A stretch of 64,000 nt of DNA, taken from Laetmonice hystrix. Its lineage: Eukaryota. Position numbers and translations under genes: made by a program. The stretch lies in contig OZ249436.1 of NCBI GenBank assembly GCA_965235115.1, forward strand, positions 39,992,001 through 40,056,000. Reading direction: 5' to 3'. The notes under the pieces were generated by a model, which ran no database searches, was not told where the DNA came from, and saw only the letters and a list, made by a program, of their open reading frames with translations. Below, piece by piece: positions 26,033 to 38,500 of the stretch. Numbering within the stretch: position 1 is the first letter of the stretch; each line of letters starts with the position of its first letter.

Positions 26033-26397
26033 GCATGTATGCCCGAACAATTGCCCGAGAGGTCAAGAAATGTTGCTGCTGTTGCAAATCGCAGTCTGAT
26101 CCCCATAACCGAACCGACTGCAACGCACTCCCGTCCCCGGCTAAAGCCTGCCCCACTGCGGGAAGTTCGAGAGGCCAACTCTCGACGGACACAGGCGGAA
26201 GTAGTTCAGCGGTAGAGAAGCTTCAGACTCAGCTACCAAATACCGAAAATATCGAAACCTATATTATGGTGACTGGTATCAAGCAAAGCAATCCGCTAGG
26301 CGTGACCCATCTTAAGATTCAACGTAAAGTTACACCCCCTCATGTGGCCAGGGGACGGGGAAACAAGGAGCGCTTTGACAAGTATCTTCTGATATAG
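26033..26397 (+). CDS. GnRH/AKH-type receptor candidate last exon B (long C-tail)
   Basis: ttttatttccag acceptor, phase 1 completes Gly; (G)MYARTIAREVKKCCCCCKSQSD...GSSRGQLSTDTGGSSS...FDKYLLI*; N-terminal part aligns with exon A. Confidence 0.8.
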
Positions 26398-26653
26398 GCC
26401 TAATCTTCGATTATTGGAAGAAAAGGGGCGTTTATGTGCTTTATGGGGGAACCTGAAATACGTGCTCATTTGTTAGGCATAAAAGTATTGTGTTAAGTCG
26501 TTGTTTTGATATATATTGTCCCGGGAAAATAATACATGCTCATAACGAAGCTTAAGAGCATAATTGAGCTCAAGGGGAGACGAAATGGTAAGCCATGATG
26601 ACGTCACATTGGTCGCTGTCTTAGAAATCGTATTTCATATAATATCTACTCCT

Positions 26654-26918
26654 CATTGGCGGATTCAGGGTGGGGCCCACCCGGCCCGCTCCCTATTTGC
26701 CAAACTCTTGGCTATATTTTGTTGCATGCATAATAATAATGGAATTTTGTTGAAAGATTTGGGAGAAATTTCTACTGGTTAGAAAACAAAAAATATTTCT
26801 AACTTCTACTCTATAATATAGAGTAACCTATTATAACATTATAATATATTATGTTTAGAAAACACGTCCCCCAATTCTGGGAGATCGCCCCTTTCCTGAA
26901 ATCCTGGATCCGCCGCTG
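26654..26918. mobile_element. Short hAT-like element, near-perfect 5-bp TSD
   Basis: CATTGGCGGATTCAGG...CCTGGATCCGCCGCTG flanked by CTCCT/CTCCC. Confidence 0.6.
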
Positions 26919-27006
26919 CTCCCGACATACCTTGTATTGTAATGCTGCTAGGCCTAATCATTGTAGTCGCACCAGCGATTGTTTTACACAATAATGTAAA
27001 GGTTAA

Positions 27007-28326
27007 AGCCCCAGTCCCACCAAAGCCGAATTAGCTACGACGTGTCACGATCTGATAAATCGTGTAGAATCGGGAAAGGTCCTAACTCGGTCGTAGAGTA
27101 GTCTTGATAGATCCTCATAGGTAGCGACAATTTTGAACTGTTCAAAACAATCGGCATTGGTCGGGAAAAAACTCAGATCGGGGCTATATCGTAGGTCAAA
27201 CGTTGCTCAGTCGGGAATATAGTCGGGGAACAATCGGGATAGTTCGTTTTTCAGTCCTGGTTTATCGTAGGACAATTGCCAGAAAATTTTAAAGCCCCAG
27301 TCCCACCAAAGCCGATTGTACTACGTTCCATGCCGTTCTATCAAGATCTAAAATTTATTTTAAGTCGTGATGAATCGTGATGAAATAATGACAACCCGAA
27401 GACCTAGCTACGAATTGTCACGTTCAACGGCGACTGGGCAACGGTTTTCCACAGATCTCTCAACGATCACGCTGCGTGCTATCATGTTCTATCTCGACAT
27501 CCCCCCGACCTTCCCGATCGAGAAACAACTTAGCAACGTTCTCCGCCGACCTATGCAGATTGAGCTACGTCCTATCAAGAACCCGACCCGATGTTTGACC
27601 AACGATGTAGCAACGTTCTATGCCGTCTGAGCCCCAGCCGAGCTACGACCTGTCCCGATGACGTTTGGGCTAGATCTAGGAAATATCTGGCGATTGTCCT
27701 ACGATCAACCAGGACTGAACAACGAACTATCCCGATTGTCCCACGACTATTCCCGACTGAGCAACGTTTGACCTACGGTATATCCCCGATTTGAGCTTTT
27801 TCCCGACCAATGCCGATTGTTTTGAACAGTTTAAAATTGTCGGGGTGCAATCGTGGCCTATCCCGACCTATGAGGATCTATCAAGACTACTGTACGACCG
27901 AGTTAGGACCTTTCCCGATTCTACACGATTCATCAGATCGTGACACGTCGTAGCTAATTCGGCTTTGGTGGGACTGGGGCTTTAGCCCCGATCTAGACCT
28001 GATGTCGTCGGGACAGGTCGTAGCTCGGCTGGGGCACGGCATAGAACGTTGCTACATCGTTTGTCAATCTTGGTATAGGTCGCCATACATCGGGCCGGGA
28101 TCTTGATAGGTCGAAGCTCAATCTGCATAAGTCGGCAGTTAACGTTGCTTTAGTCGTTGCGCTGTCGGGAAGGTCGGGCCGATGTCGGGATAGAACATGA
28201 TAGATTCGTAGCTAGGTCTTCGGGTTTTCATGATTTCATCACGATTCATCACGACTTAAACTAAATTTCAGATCTTGATAGAACGGCATAGAACGTCGTA
28301 CAATCGGCTTTGGTGGGACTGGGGCA
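27007..28326. mobile_element. Harbinger-type MITE (family E, outer copy)
   Basis: TIR AGCCCCAGTCCCACCAAAGCCGA; TAA on both sides. Confidence 0.9.
27293..27981. mobile_element. Second family E copy inserted in inverted orientation inside the first
   Basis: Same TIR; its right end is the reverse complement of the outer left end and vice versa; flanks TAA/TTA. Confidence 0.9.
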
Positions 28327-29848
28327 TAATACTTTGACGGAAACATCTCGATATGTCTGCTATAATAGGCCTATCCATGTGCAGTGAAATTCACTGCTCA
28401 GATTCGGAAACCGTTGGTGTTGAGTACACGATATAAAAAAAATACCAGATCTATTGTCTTGTCTAATTTGTAATGATGTGACGTATGGAACGATACAGGG
28501 ACGTTATACATTACCGTTATAATATCTTACTGTATACTCTACTTGAACTCATGAGAAGACGGTGCCCACAGTGAAGGGGGTTAGCACCTTCCTGTATGGT
28601 GGTTATAATGCCAACCCAGTAGAGGACGAGTTACAACTCCACCATCGTGTCTTTCCGTATTGCTATTGTTTAGAGGTCACACTGAGCCGATCTTCAGAGT
28701 CGACTACGTAATCGGCCCGACCCTGGAGATCGGCTCAGTGCGACCCCGGCTATAATCCTTGACATGTCAAGGACGAGCCGGTCACCCGATCCGGTCGGGT
28801 CGGCTGTTAAATCGGTCCCACAGACCGTTCACATTGACCGATCCCATCGAGGGTTGTACTATACGACAGTACATGAATTACAACCAAAATGGCCGACAGA
28901 AGAAGTGGTCTATAGGTGGTATGAAAAAAGCAAACAAGCAACCCGGGCGATCGTGTCATTTGTCCAACGATAATTCGTCGGCCGTATCAACGTACAGTGT
29001 ATCAACAGGGCCGATTTAGGCCCGATTAATTACCCGATTTTTACCTGATCGATCGGGCCTGCATCGGCCGGGCAAAAATCGGACGTGTGGGCAGTGTATC
29101 TAGGGGGTTATCCACTAGGCTAGCTGGCAGGCCGGTCGGTCAGCCGGCTTAGTGGATACATATTGCACGAACGTGATTTTAATGCACTTGAGATATCGAT
29201 GTATTTGTCATTAAGCGGTAACAGACAGAACAGCACTGTGCCTTTCTTGGTCCTTGTTCAGTCCACGAAGTATAATTGTATCATTAAAAACCTGTAAAAA
29301 ACAAGACAGCAGTCGTTTTGCATTTCTTGTATAAAAAAAAAAAATCTCTTTCCTTTCACTCTAAGTAATTTCTATTACTCGAAGTGCTCTTAACGTGACA
29401 ATTCCATGCACAATACCTAAGGCTATACTAAATAGGAGCTTTTTTTCCCGTGTAGATTATTATTTTAGGGAAGATAATACGATGTAGTAATGAAGAGAGC
29501 ATTACAAAGGGAGTTCGTATTTTTCAGTAAGTTGTTTTTTTAATGAACAGAGGCTTTTTCTAGTCGTAGTTGTTGGACTATTATTGAGTCATCTATCAAG
29601 ATGTATTTTGACGTCCGTGTGACAGCGACTGGAAATGTTAATAGTAATGGTGTGTGATGGGGAATTGGAAGCTGCAATGCCAGGGTTGGGGTCATATACG
29701 CAATAATCTATTGTATTTGTATTTAAATACACCATTTCCCAGTGTATTTGTATTTATTGGGAACTGGTATGTTAGCATAAACAGTGCAGGTATTTTGGGG
29801 GGACGAGTAGTATCAATGGCGACGTAATAGTCGCGCTCGCATTCGAAC

Positions 29849-30173
29849 GGGTATCAATAAACAGCGAACTGAACGAACTGAGCGAACGGAAATCGATTAG
29901 TTACGCCTGGGGGGGGGGGGGGGTTGCCGATAGGGACTGGCTATTGACACCAACACGGAAACAGCCGACCTAAATTAGTTTGGCTAATTCCTACACGAAA
30001 CAGTGTGTTTGGGTTAGGGTAAGGCCTAGGATTAGTGTTAGTTTAGTCCCAAAATTGTTGTTAAATCGGCACTAACTTCCGGCCGTGACGTCATACCTGA
30101 AGTCACGGGCTTTTAGCGCGATTAATCGATCTCAGTTCGTTCAGTTCGCTCAGTTCGCTGTTTATTGATGCCC
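29849..30173. mobile_element. Mutator-like MITE with 9-bp TSD and internal GGGTTAGGG motif
   Basis: TIR GGGTATCAATAAACAGCGAACTGA / TCAGTTCGCTGTTTATTGATGCCC; flanking CATTCGAAC (29840-29848, 30174-30182). Confidence 0.85.
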
Positions 30174-30608
30174 CATTCGAACGTTGTCAGTTTGAGTAAA
30201 AAAAACAACTTTTATGGTGTTTTATTGATACTGTTCAATAAACTGAGGGGCATGTAAATCATACCTGTTCTAGAGCCAAACCGTAGTTGGTATTTTAAGT
30301 CCAGTACTTATATTTGATCTTTTGGGAAATGCCTGTACCTATTTGTAGGCCTTATATATAATTATATTTGTATTTGAGACCTGATATTTGAAATATTTAA
30401 TCAAAATGGGCGTTTTTAACCTATACGCAACACTATTTATCCTTACATCAAATTTGATGTTGTTGAAAATTTCAATGAAATCTAAAATAACAGATAAGGC
30501 ATATAATAACACATCTTCATATAATATCTCTTAATTTTTGGGGGAGATTATTACTCTGCAAGTAATATTAACAGCTCACATAAATATTAATAATAGTTAG
30601 ATTGTCTT

Positions 30609-31607
30609 TGGATGACACTGGATGTGACACTGAGTGACTGGATGACACTAGCTGTGACACTGAGTGACTGGGTGACACTGGCTGTGACACTGAGTGACTG
30701 GATGACACTGGCTGTGACACTGAGTGACTGGGTGACACTGGATGTGACACTGAGTGACTGGGTGACACTGGATGTGACACTGAGTGACTGGATGACACTG
30801 GATGTGACACTGAGTGACTGGATGACGCTGGATGTGACACTGAGTGACTGGGTGACACTGGCTGTGACACTGAGTGACTGGATGACACTGGATGTGACAC
30901 TGAGTGACTGGATGACACTGGCTGTGACACTGAGTGACTGGGTGACACTGGCTGTGACACTGAGTGACTGGATGACACTGGCTGTGACACTGAGTGACTG
31001 GGTGACACTGGATGTGACACTGAGTGACTGGATGACACTGGATGTGACACTGAGTGACTGGATGACGCTGGATGTGACACTGAGTGACTGGATGACACTG
31101 ACTGTGACACTGAGTGACTGGATGACACTGGCTGTGACACTGAGTGACTGGAAGACACTGGCTGTGACACTGAGTGACTGGATGACACTTGCTGTGACAC
31201 TGAGTGACTGGATGACACTTGCTGTGACACTGAGTGACTGGATGACACTTGCTGTGACACTGAGTGACTGGATGACACTGACTGTGACACTGAGTGACTG
31301 GGTGACACTGGCTGTGACACTGAGTGACTGGATGACACTGACTGTGACACTGAGTGACTGGATGACACTTGCTGTGACACTGAGTGACTGGATGACACTG
31401 ACTGTGACACTGAGTGACTGGGTGACACTGGCTGTGACACTGAGTGACTGGGTGACACTGACTGTGACACTGAGTGACTGGATGACACTGACTGTGACAC
31501 TGAGTGACTGGATGACACTGGCTGTGACACTGAGTGACTGGATGACACTTGCTGTGACACTGAGTGACTGGATGACACTGGCTGTGACACTGAGTGACTG
31601 GATGACA
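30609..31607. repeat. 30-bp minisatellite (TGAGTGACTGGATGACACTGGCTGTGACAC consensus), about 33 copies
   Basis: Exact 30-bp periodicity; accounts for the four long repetitive ORFs. Confidence 0.98.
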
Positions 31608-31914
31608 GCGGGGTGCATTTTGAGGCATTAAATAATCTTCCAGATTTTAGAATAAATCGGTTAACGCGGGAGGGGGTTAAGACCGGTTTGTGGGTAGATT
31701 TAAACATATTTCGCTCTGGGTTAAAAATAAGCCAAGATATCTTTGGGACACCAAACAGTTTCGCGTGCACCTTGTGACGTAGGCCTAATTAAGTGTTCCA
31801 GTTCCAGTCGAGTCTCAGGACCAATCGTGAAACATGTGCCGACTGCCTGCCACTGCTCGTGGCACCGATCGTCACTGGCTCTTGACCAGTCGTGCGGCTG
31901 GTGGTACGAAAATA

Positions 31915-32550
31915 AAGCCTAGGTCCCACTAGGAGATACGACAACTTACAACAGGTTACGACAAGGCTGCGACTAAAATCCCAGGCAATCTTATAAAGGT
32001 CCTGCCACAAGTCCTGGGTGGTCGTGGGTAGTCCTCAATAATCGCACGACCAAAATCTATCGCAGGGAGGTTGTTGATCATGTGCAACAACCTACCTGCG
32101 ACTGAAGTAGTCGCATCCTGTCGCATCCTAGTCGTCAGTTGTCGTTCGATGGTCGTGCGATGGTTTGGGCACAAATCTCTGGTGGTCCTTCATTGTCGTG
32201 GGTGACTGTTGAAAACTGTTGTCGTAGGATAATCGCACGACTGTCCCCAACCACTGGCACGACCTGTCGTGCGACCAGACCTGATTGGACGACCAGGCGT
32301 AGGGAGAAGGAAGATAAGTCGTGCAACTGGAGGACAAGTCGTATGACTACCTGCGAGTTGTCCTGCGGTGTTCCTGCCACTGGCCAAGACTAATCAGCGC
32401 GGTATAAGGTCTTCTACAGGTCTCCCGACTGGTCTTACAATGTGACCGGTACATTCAAATCGCAAAGAATATGGACGACTACCCACGACCAGCCCTAGTC
32501 GCACGACTGAACTAATCGCAGGGAATCGCAGGTCCTAGTGGGACTAGCAG
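31915..32550. mobile_element. MITE related to the GTCCCAC-terminal families
   Basis: GTCCCACTAGGA ... TCCTAGTGGGAC inverted ends; ACGAC/GTCGT-rich interior. Confidence 0.6.
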
Positions 32551-33420
32551 GTTATCAGTGGCCGACCCCTCTGGTTCCAAATATAGCCAGAGTCAGAGAT
32601 TAGTGGAAGATTACACACGCTCGAATTGCCGGGCAGCGTCCGGCCCGCCGGACTTCACTGTCCATCACGTCATGGACACTGAAGGCTCCCGTCTAGCTGA
32701 CCCAATCACCGGTCAAGTCAATCTGCCCTTGTATTCTCCTCGACACGATCGCTCCTGCCCTTTATCCTACTGAGATTTCCATACGACGTCTATACAACAA
32801 ACGTCGACATCTGATATATTATAATGCGCAATGGACACGGTTGAATGTGCGACTACTTCTAAAGAGAGCATGTTGCAATACTTTTGTCTATAGTGAGTGT
32901 ACATTGTATAATAATTATTATTAGACAATTCGCGTAAATCTGTTGGAAACTATTCTTTCACTGCTGTTGTCATGAGGTTCTCAGTAACGGGTCGGGAAAC
33001 TCAGGAAATGATGGCCATTTAACATGGGGGAAAATCAGATAAAATAAACATAAAGAACAATCTGGCGCCAAAATAATATCTTACTTTATTGTTGTAGGAA
33101 CAGGAACATTAAACCAATTGTCACTTTATTATTCCAATCCGGATTCCGAAATTATATGGTTTCATGCCATCCAAATATCATGTCATCCAAATATCATCCA
33201 CGGTAATCACTGAGAACCACTGCTTCATCCTTCGGTTAAAGGCAACCAATTGCATCAACTTTTCCAGAGATAACCTGTCCTGTCTGCACGGGAATATCAT
33301 ATTACAACGATCTACCTCATTATTACTGCCAACAATAGCGAAACTAGACGAGCAAAAGTGCCATTCTTGCTTGGACGTTGAAAAATACGATCGCATTGTT
33401 TACATTCCGGCCTGCGAGCA

Positions 33421-33708
33421 CCGGTGTAACAATTTCAGATTACCCCCCCCCCCATTGAAGTTACCCCCCGGTAATCTGAAGCTAGCTTCAAATTACCCCC
33501 CTCCGCCCAGTTTCAAGTTACAAAAATAAACTTCGGATAAAAAATGTTTCGCGCGTTAATTCAAATAGACCTAACCCTAAACTTACCTTAACCCTAACCG
33601 AGGGGCTTTTTGAAACCAACTTCAGATTAGGGGGGGGTAGTTTGAAGCTAGCTTCAGGTTACCCCCCGGTAACCTGAACAGGGGGGTAATTTGAAATTGG
33701 GACACCGG
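33421..33708. mobile_element. CCGG-terminated TIR element with internal CCTAAC repeats, no evident TSD
   Basis: CCGGTGTAACAATTTCAGATTACCCCCC / GGGGGGTAATTTGAAATTGGGACACCGG; sits between A and T. Confidence 0.75.
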
Positions 33709-34742
33709 TCCCGACTAAAGAACGAAAGCGATTGAAACTGACCGAACCTGACCAAACCGGACCGAAACTGACCGACTTTTTTGCCATCTGGAGGTCGGAG
33801 CCTGTATATACCAAGGTCGGTTTTGGTCGGTTTCGGTAAACTTGCTCGGTTTCGGTGTTGCACCCCGTGAGCACACCTCCCAAGACAGAAACCAACCATG
33901 AGCCCGATGTACCGAAACCGTTTTTCGTATATATACGACAAATTACAAGGCGATATTCGAGCAAATATGATTGGCATCTGGTCTGACATGAATTTGCAGA
34001 CATGTGGGTAGCTGTTTCGGAAATAGTTGGAATTTTTCTAACATAAGATGAGATTGGATCCCTTAAGTTTAATAGCTCCCACTTCGGCTACAAACATTCC
34101 TCGTTAAGGCCCAGTATTAAGGGTCGCCTCTTTGCAATATGCCAGACCACGTTTTGTTTTTTTATTGGGTAGGGGAATAGGGCAACTAACCTAGTTAATT
34201 TTATGTAGGATAATCAGTATCAGTAATCATTAGCTAATCTCCAGATAACGCAACGATGACAGGAGTAAGGTGGTTTTATACCATAGTGTTTTTATTCCTT
34301 TGTTTTTTTCTTGCATTTTCCTTGCAGTAAGTAAAAAGTAAGTTTTCTCCCAAAACACGATTTTGAGATTCCGCGCTGGACCCCCCCCCCCCCTTCTCCA
34401 CTTGCCTTAAAAAATACCGGCCTTGATAATATCCACGCGGAAGATGAGGTGGACGAGATTTATGTTGCAGTTTCACGTTTTAGCCAAGGTCACTTAACCT
34501 GGACCTGTCTGAACGAATTAAGAATCTGGGGTAATTCCATTAGCTGTTTACCGTGGCTGATGTAGGAGGGGACGATGAGATGCCCTCCATAGTACCACAC
34601 TGTTCATTAGCAAACATCACTCGCACACAACCATCGACTCCTTTTAAAGAAAGAAGTGACCCGCCCGACTAGTGGTTAGGCCTATAAAAATACAGTGGTC
34701 TCTCAATTAGCTGCCCGTTTCTGAAGTGGTCAATATGGCTAA

Positions 34743-35000
34743 AGCCCCAGTCACACAAGAGGTACGACCAACTGCCGACTTCCGACAACCAAAAAAGAAT
34801 GCGACCAACGACAACCACTGGCGACAAAAGCCCCGAAATCTGCAAGAAATTTCATTCGGCGATTAGTTGCCGATTGGTTGTACGACAGGTTGCCGAGTGT
34901 CACACGAAAATTGTCCGACCATCAAAGATTTTTAAAGACTGGTGAACGACCGTTCGTGGAAATGTTGGCAAGTGGCCGGCAACTGCTCTACGGCAGGCAT
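34743..35000 (+). mobile_element. Left part of a MITE of the family seen complete at 60525-61250
   Basis: AGCCCCAGTCACACAAGAGGTACGACCAACTGCCGACTTC aligns with 60525 onward. Confidence 0.7.
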
Positions 35001-35006
35001 TTTCAA

Positions 35007-35580
35007 AGGGCCTTGTCCACTGGATTTGCTTACCGGCGGCGCCCTTGCGATGCGATTATTTTGCCGCAGACATTTATCACTGCGTCTGTTAGACGCACGC
35101 ACACACTTGTGAAGCCCTTGTCCATTGCTACCTTGCGTGCGTGCGGTTATGGGTGGAAGCACATATTTTCATATTTAAATTTGACGCCGACGTTCGATCA
35201 CGTGGACGTCACATGCTCATAAGTCTATCCGCCACCATGGGGACCCGCGACAAACTCGTGGTGGGAACCGTTGCAGCTGCTGCTGCTGCCTGTATAGTAG
35301 ATGACGACGTTAATCGAAAATCGAAAATTTTTGCTTGCGATCGTCGCATTTGAATGCGGCAACATCAAAACGCATAGGCTCTGTGACTGCGGCATCGGAA
35401 GGAAAATCGCACGGCCGCAAGCTAGACGGCGTTGGCGTCGCTAAAGCCGGTGACACATACCTGCGGTAATCGCAGTAGCGTTTGACGCACCCGGTTACCT
35501 GATGCGATGAACGGACGGCAAACATGCGGCAACACATGACACATACAAGCGGCGAAACGAAAACGTCCATACGTCGCAAT
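35007..35580 (+). mobile_element. Harbinger-like MITE fragment; inverted homologue at about 60060-60401
   Basis: Terminus AGGGCCTTGTCCACTG; about 340 bp shared in reverse complement (both translate as CDAIILPQT.I.ASVRRTHTLVKPLSIATLRAC). Confidence 0.75.
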
Positions 35581-38500
35581 AAATTTTCTTCACCAAACCC
35601 CCGAAATAATTTGCTTGCTGGACTATGAATTCGTTTTTTAGCCCTGTAAAATGATTTGCAGTGTTTCTAGAGGGGTTAGGTGTAATGTCTGCAAAAAATT
35701 AGGTCTGTGACTATTGGGAGAGCAATGAAAGGAACACCCTGTCGTGACCCCCTGGAATACCGCATTTACGCCTTTTGGGGATATATAGTCGATGATGACA
35801 TGATAAGAAAGTAAATGTGCCTGGTATGTGCATGATTCCTATACGGGCCAATATGTCAGGAACATGTTCCCATCACACAGTCTAGCTACTCACCGTTTGT
35901 AGTGTACTTTTGATTGCCTCCCAGGCATTTTGACACTTTTCTGTGTCATGATGCAATATGTGTCGCGCATTATAGATTGGGGTGTCTCCTGACACCCTCT
36001 TTCAGCTCCCCCACCTGTTGCTTTGTCAGGGTTGTATATTCCCGCGGCATGGTTGGTGTGAGGGTTTCCCCAATTTGACGTCATAATATGGAGTTCCCCT
36101 TCCGTTTACCGGAGCGTTCATCGCAAAAATTGGGCAGTGTTGGAAAATTGCGATCAACGGATCCGTTTGATCGCACCCGATAATCGTGGCCGGAGGTGTG
36201 TGTCATGCTTGGTTGTAAACCATAATGTCCAATCCCATTTGGACGGATGCGATGACTGGACGCGGTGTACGGATGCGGTAAACGCTTGTATGTGTCACCA
36301 GCTTTAGATCCTCTTGCGAAGATGTGATATTGGGGTACCATGAGGCAGCCCTGACGAAGCAAAAGTGTTACCTTTACATAGATGTACAGGCCAGTGTCAT
36401 AAATATTCGTCACTGGCAGTTCTATTGCGATGGACCAGAGATTCTTTTTTAAATATGGTGTTTAGCACGAGTAACCCTTCCAAATCACAAGAACTGTCGA
36501 ATTGATTGCATGGAAAGCCTGTCAGTTTTTGTCACGTACGTGCGCTCGAATAAAAGCATCGGTGAAACTGTTCGATTAAAACTGATTCCAAAGTCGAACG
36601 GGCAAGGCAAATCATAGCAATTGTCATGAGTCTTGACGGGACTGGAAGCCAATATGCGATAGCTCCCAGATGAACACCACAATTATCGTCGGCTATAATT
36701 GCCGGTGGCACTTCGCGACGTGCATGGGCTCCAGAAATCTCTTATCATTAGGATAGGATTTCCCTTTGTCCAAGAAGATGTGTTCTTTGGCCCTGATGGC
36801 TTTCTATATTAATATCCGTTTGTCGTTTTATAATAATTAATAAAGATTCTATCCATGTTGTATGGGAATAATGGCATTAATTATGTCGTACCTGTATGAG
36901 TGGATTAGCCATGAGGCTATGATTCAATTTATAGGAGTAGTCTTTAGAACTATAAATTTAATATGGAGTAAAAGAATTCTTCCTTTCATTTTTGCAAATG
37001 ATTTACAAACTGGTCTTCAAGAAGAATATACACCTTTTGTTGGATTATCACAGAGCTTGCCTTTTGAAATCTCCTGGGGAACTAGGTTAATCCCTCCCCT
37101 TGGTCATGCGAAACCCCACTATATCAAAACGTTACTCCGTGACCTTTCCTTTGCGTAGCCAAGGTTGATATGAATTCATAAATTTATCTTCATCTACATC
37201 TACAACATAGACACGTGGCTCTACTGAATTAAGTGTGATAATAATTGAGTCTTACAACGTTGGACACAGATGATATGAATGCTCAGGTGGCGATAGGTGA
37301 ACGCATCTTTCAAGACTAAGTGCGATTGCTGCCGTCGAACGGCAATCAACGTCGTTTTTCCATTAGTCCGGTATAGTAGGCCTAACTAAACCGGCCGACC
37401 GGATTCGGCTGCACCGCATCAATCTTTCCGTGGTTCGGTCTCGAGGAGCGTTTTAGGATATCAGTAACTGTGTGACGTCAGTGGACTTTCCTAAACAGGG
37501 GCGGATCCAGAGCCGGTATCTGACCGGTTTCCAATATAGGCGTGCTAGGTGGTATGTTTCCCCAGAAAAATTACAAAATTGGAGTGCTTTATTGCGTTTT
37601 AGGCAAAAAGATTACCAAAAATCAGACTAAAAATAAAGCCTAGAAAATGCACATTTTATTAAAAGAAAGGGCTCGCTCCAGTTGGCGCATGGCCAGGCAC
37701 AAAGGTCGTGAAATTCTAAGCAAGTTAGAAAAGATTTTAACACAGTTGGTGCTCAAATAGTTCCTAAGCATTTTATCGGGTGGATGCCGCCATAGCGTCT
37801 GCTAATTTGACGCAATCTCCCATAATGCAGAGGGGCTCGCTCCACTACCCCTCTGCCACACATGACTTTTTACGGGTAAAATCGGGCCCCTATGCGTTTA
37901 ACCACGTTTTTGCAATGTCGGCCGTCCTGTATGGTAGATCTGTAAAATTTAACGTACCTCTATATCCCAAAACCGAGATTATACCAAGTGACATTTACCG
38001 TACAAGAGAAATACTAAAAAAGAGAAATGATATATTAGGAACTACATTTGCGGAGGGAAATCGCCATTAGAGAGTTTTAGCAACCAAACGTATCTCCGCA
38101 ACGCTAACGCTAACCCAAGTTTTGTGTGTATGACGTCATCACTCTGCACGATCCTTCATAGGTAATAAGCGAAATGCGTGCGTCAACAACGTAACGGAGC
38201 CCGTTTATACGTACATGATCTACCTATCGTATTTGTGTTTAATTTAAGAGAAGTATAATATATTAAACATCAAAGATGTAATCCCCAAGGTATTCCCTTT
38301 CAATTGATATCTAAAATTACATAATACATTTCGATTTAATTATGCGACAACGGCTCTTAAGTGGACGATTTCTGACCCTCGGGACCTCGCGGGAAGACCG
38401 GAAAGTAGGTGACTGGCAGCCTGTGACCTTGCCGGGCCTTGGTCGCTGTGAGGCCGGACGGAAAGAGGGTCTGTGTCGTGGTCTCAGATCTCTGCGTTCT

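Noticed and set aside
30568..31770. 326-400 aa ORFs in four frames (Ser-rich, Cys/His-rich etc.)
   Set aside because: They arise from a 30-bp unit lacking stops in those frames; overlapping ORFs on both strands with no splice or homology support
36081..36682. Minus-strand ORFs of 110 and 65 aa in non-repetitive sequence
   Set aside because: No recognisable domain and no consistent exon chain
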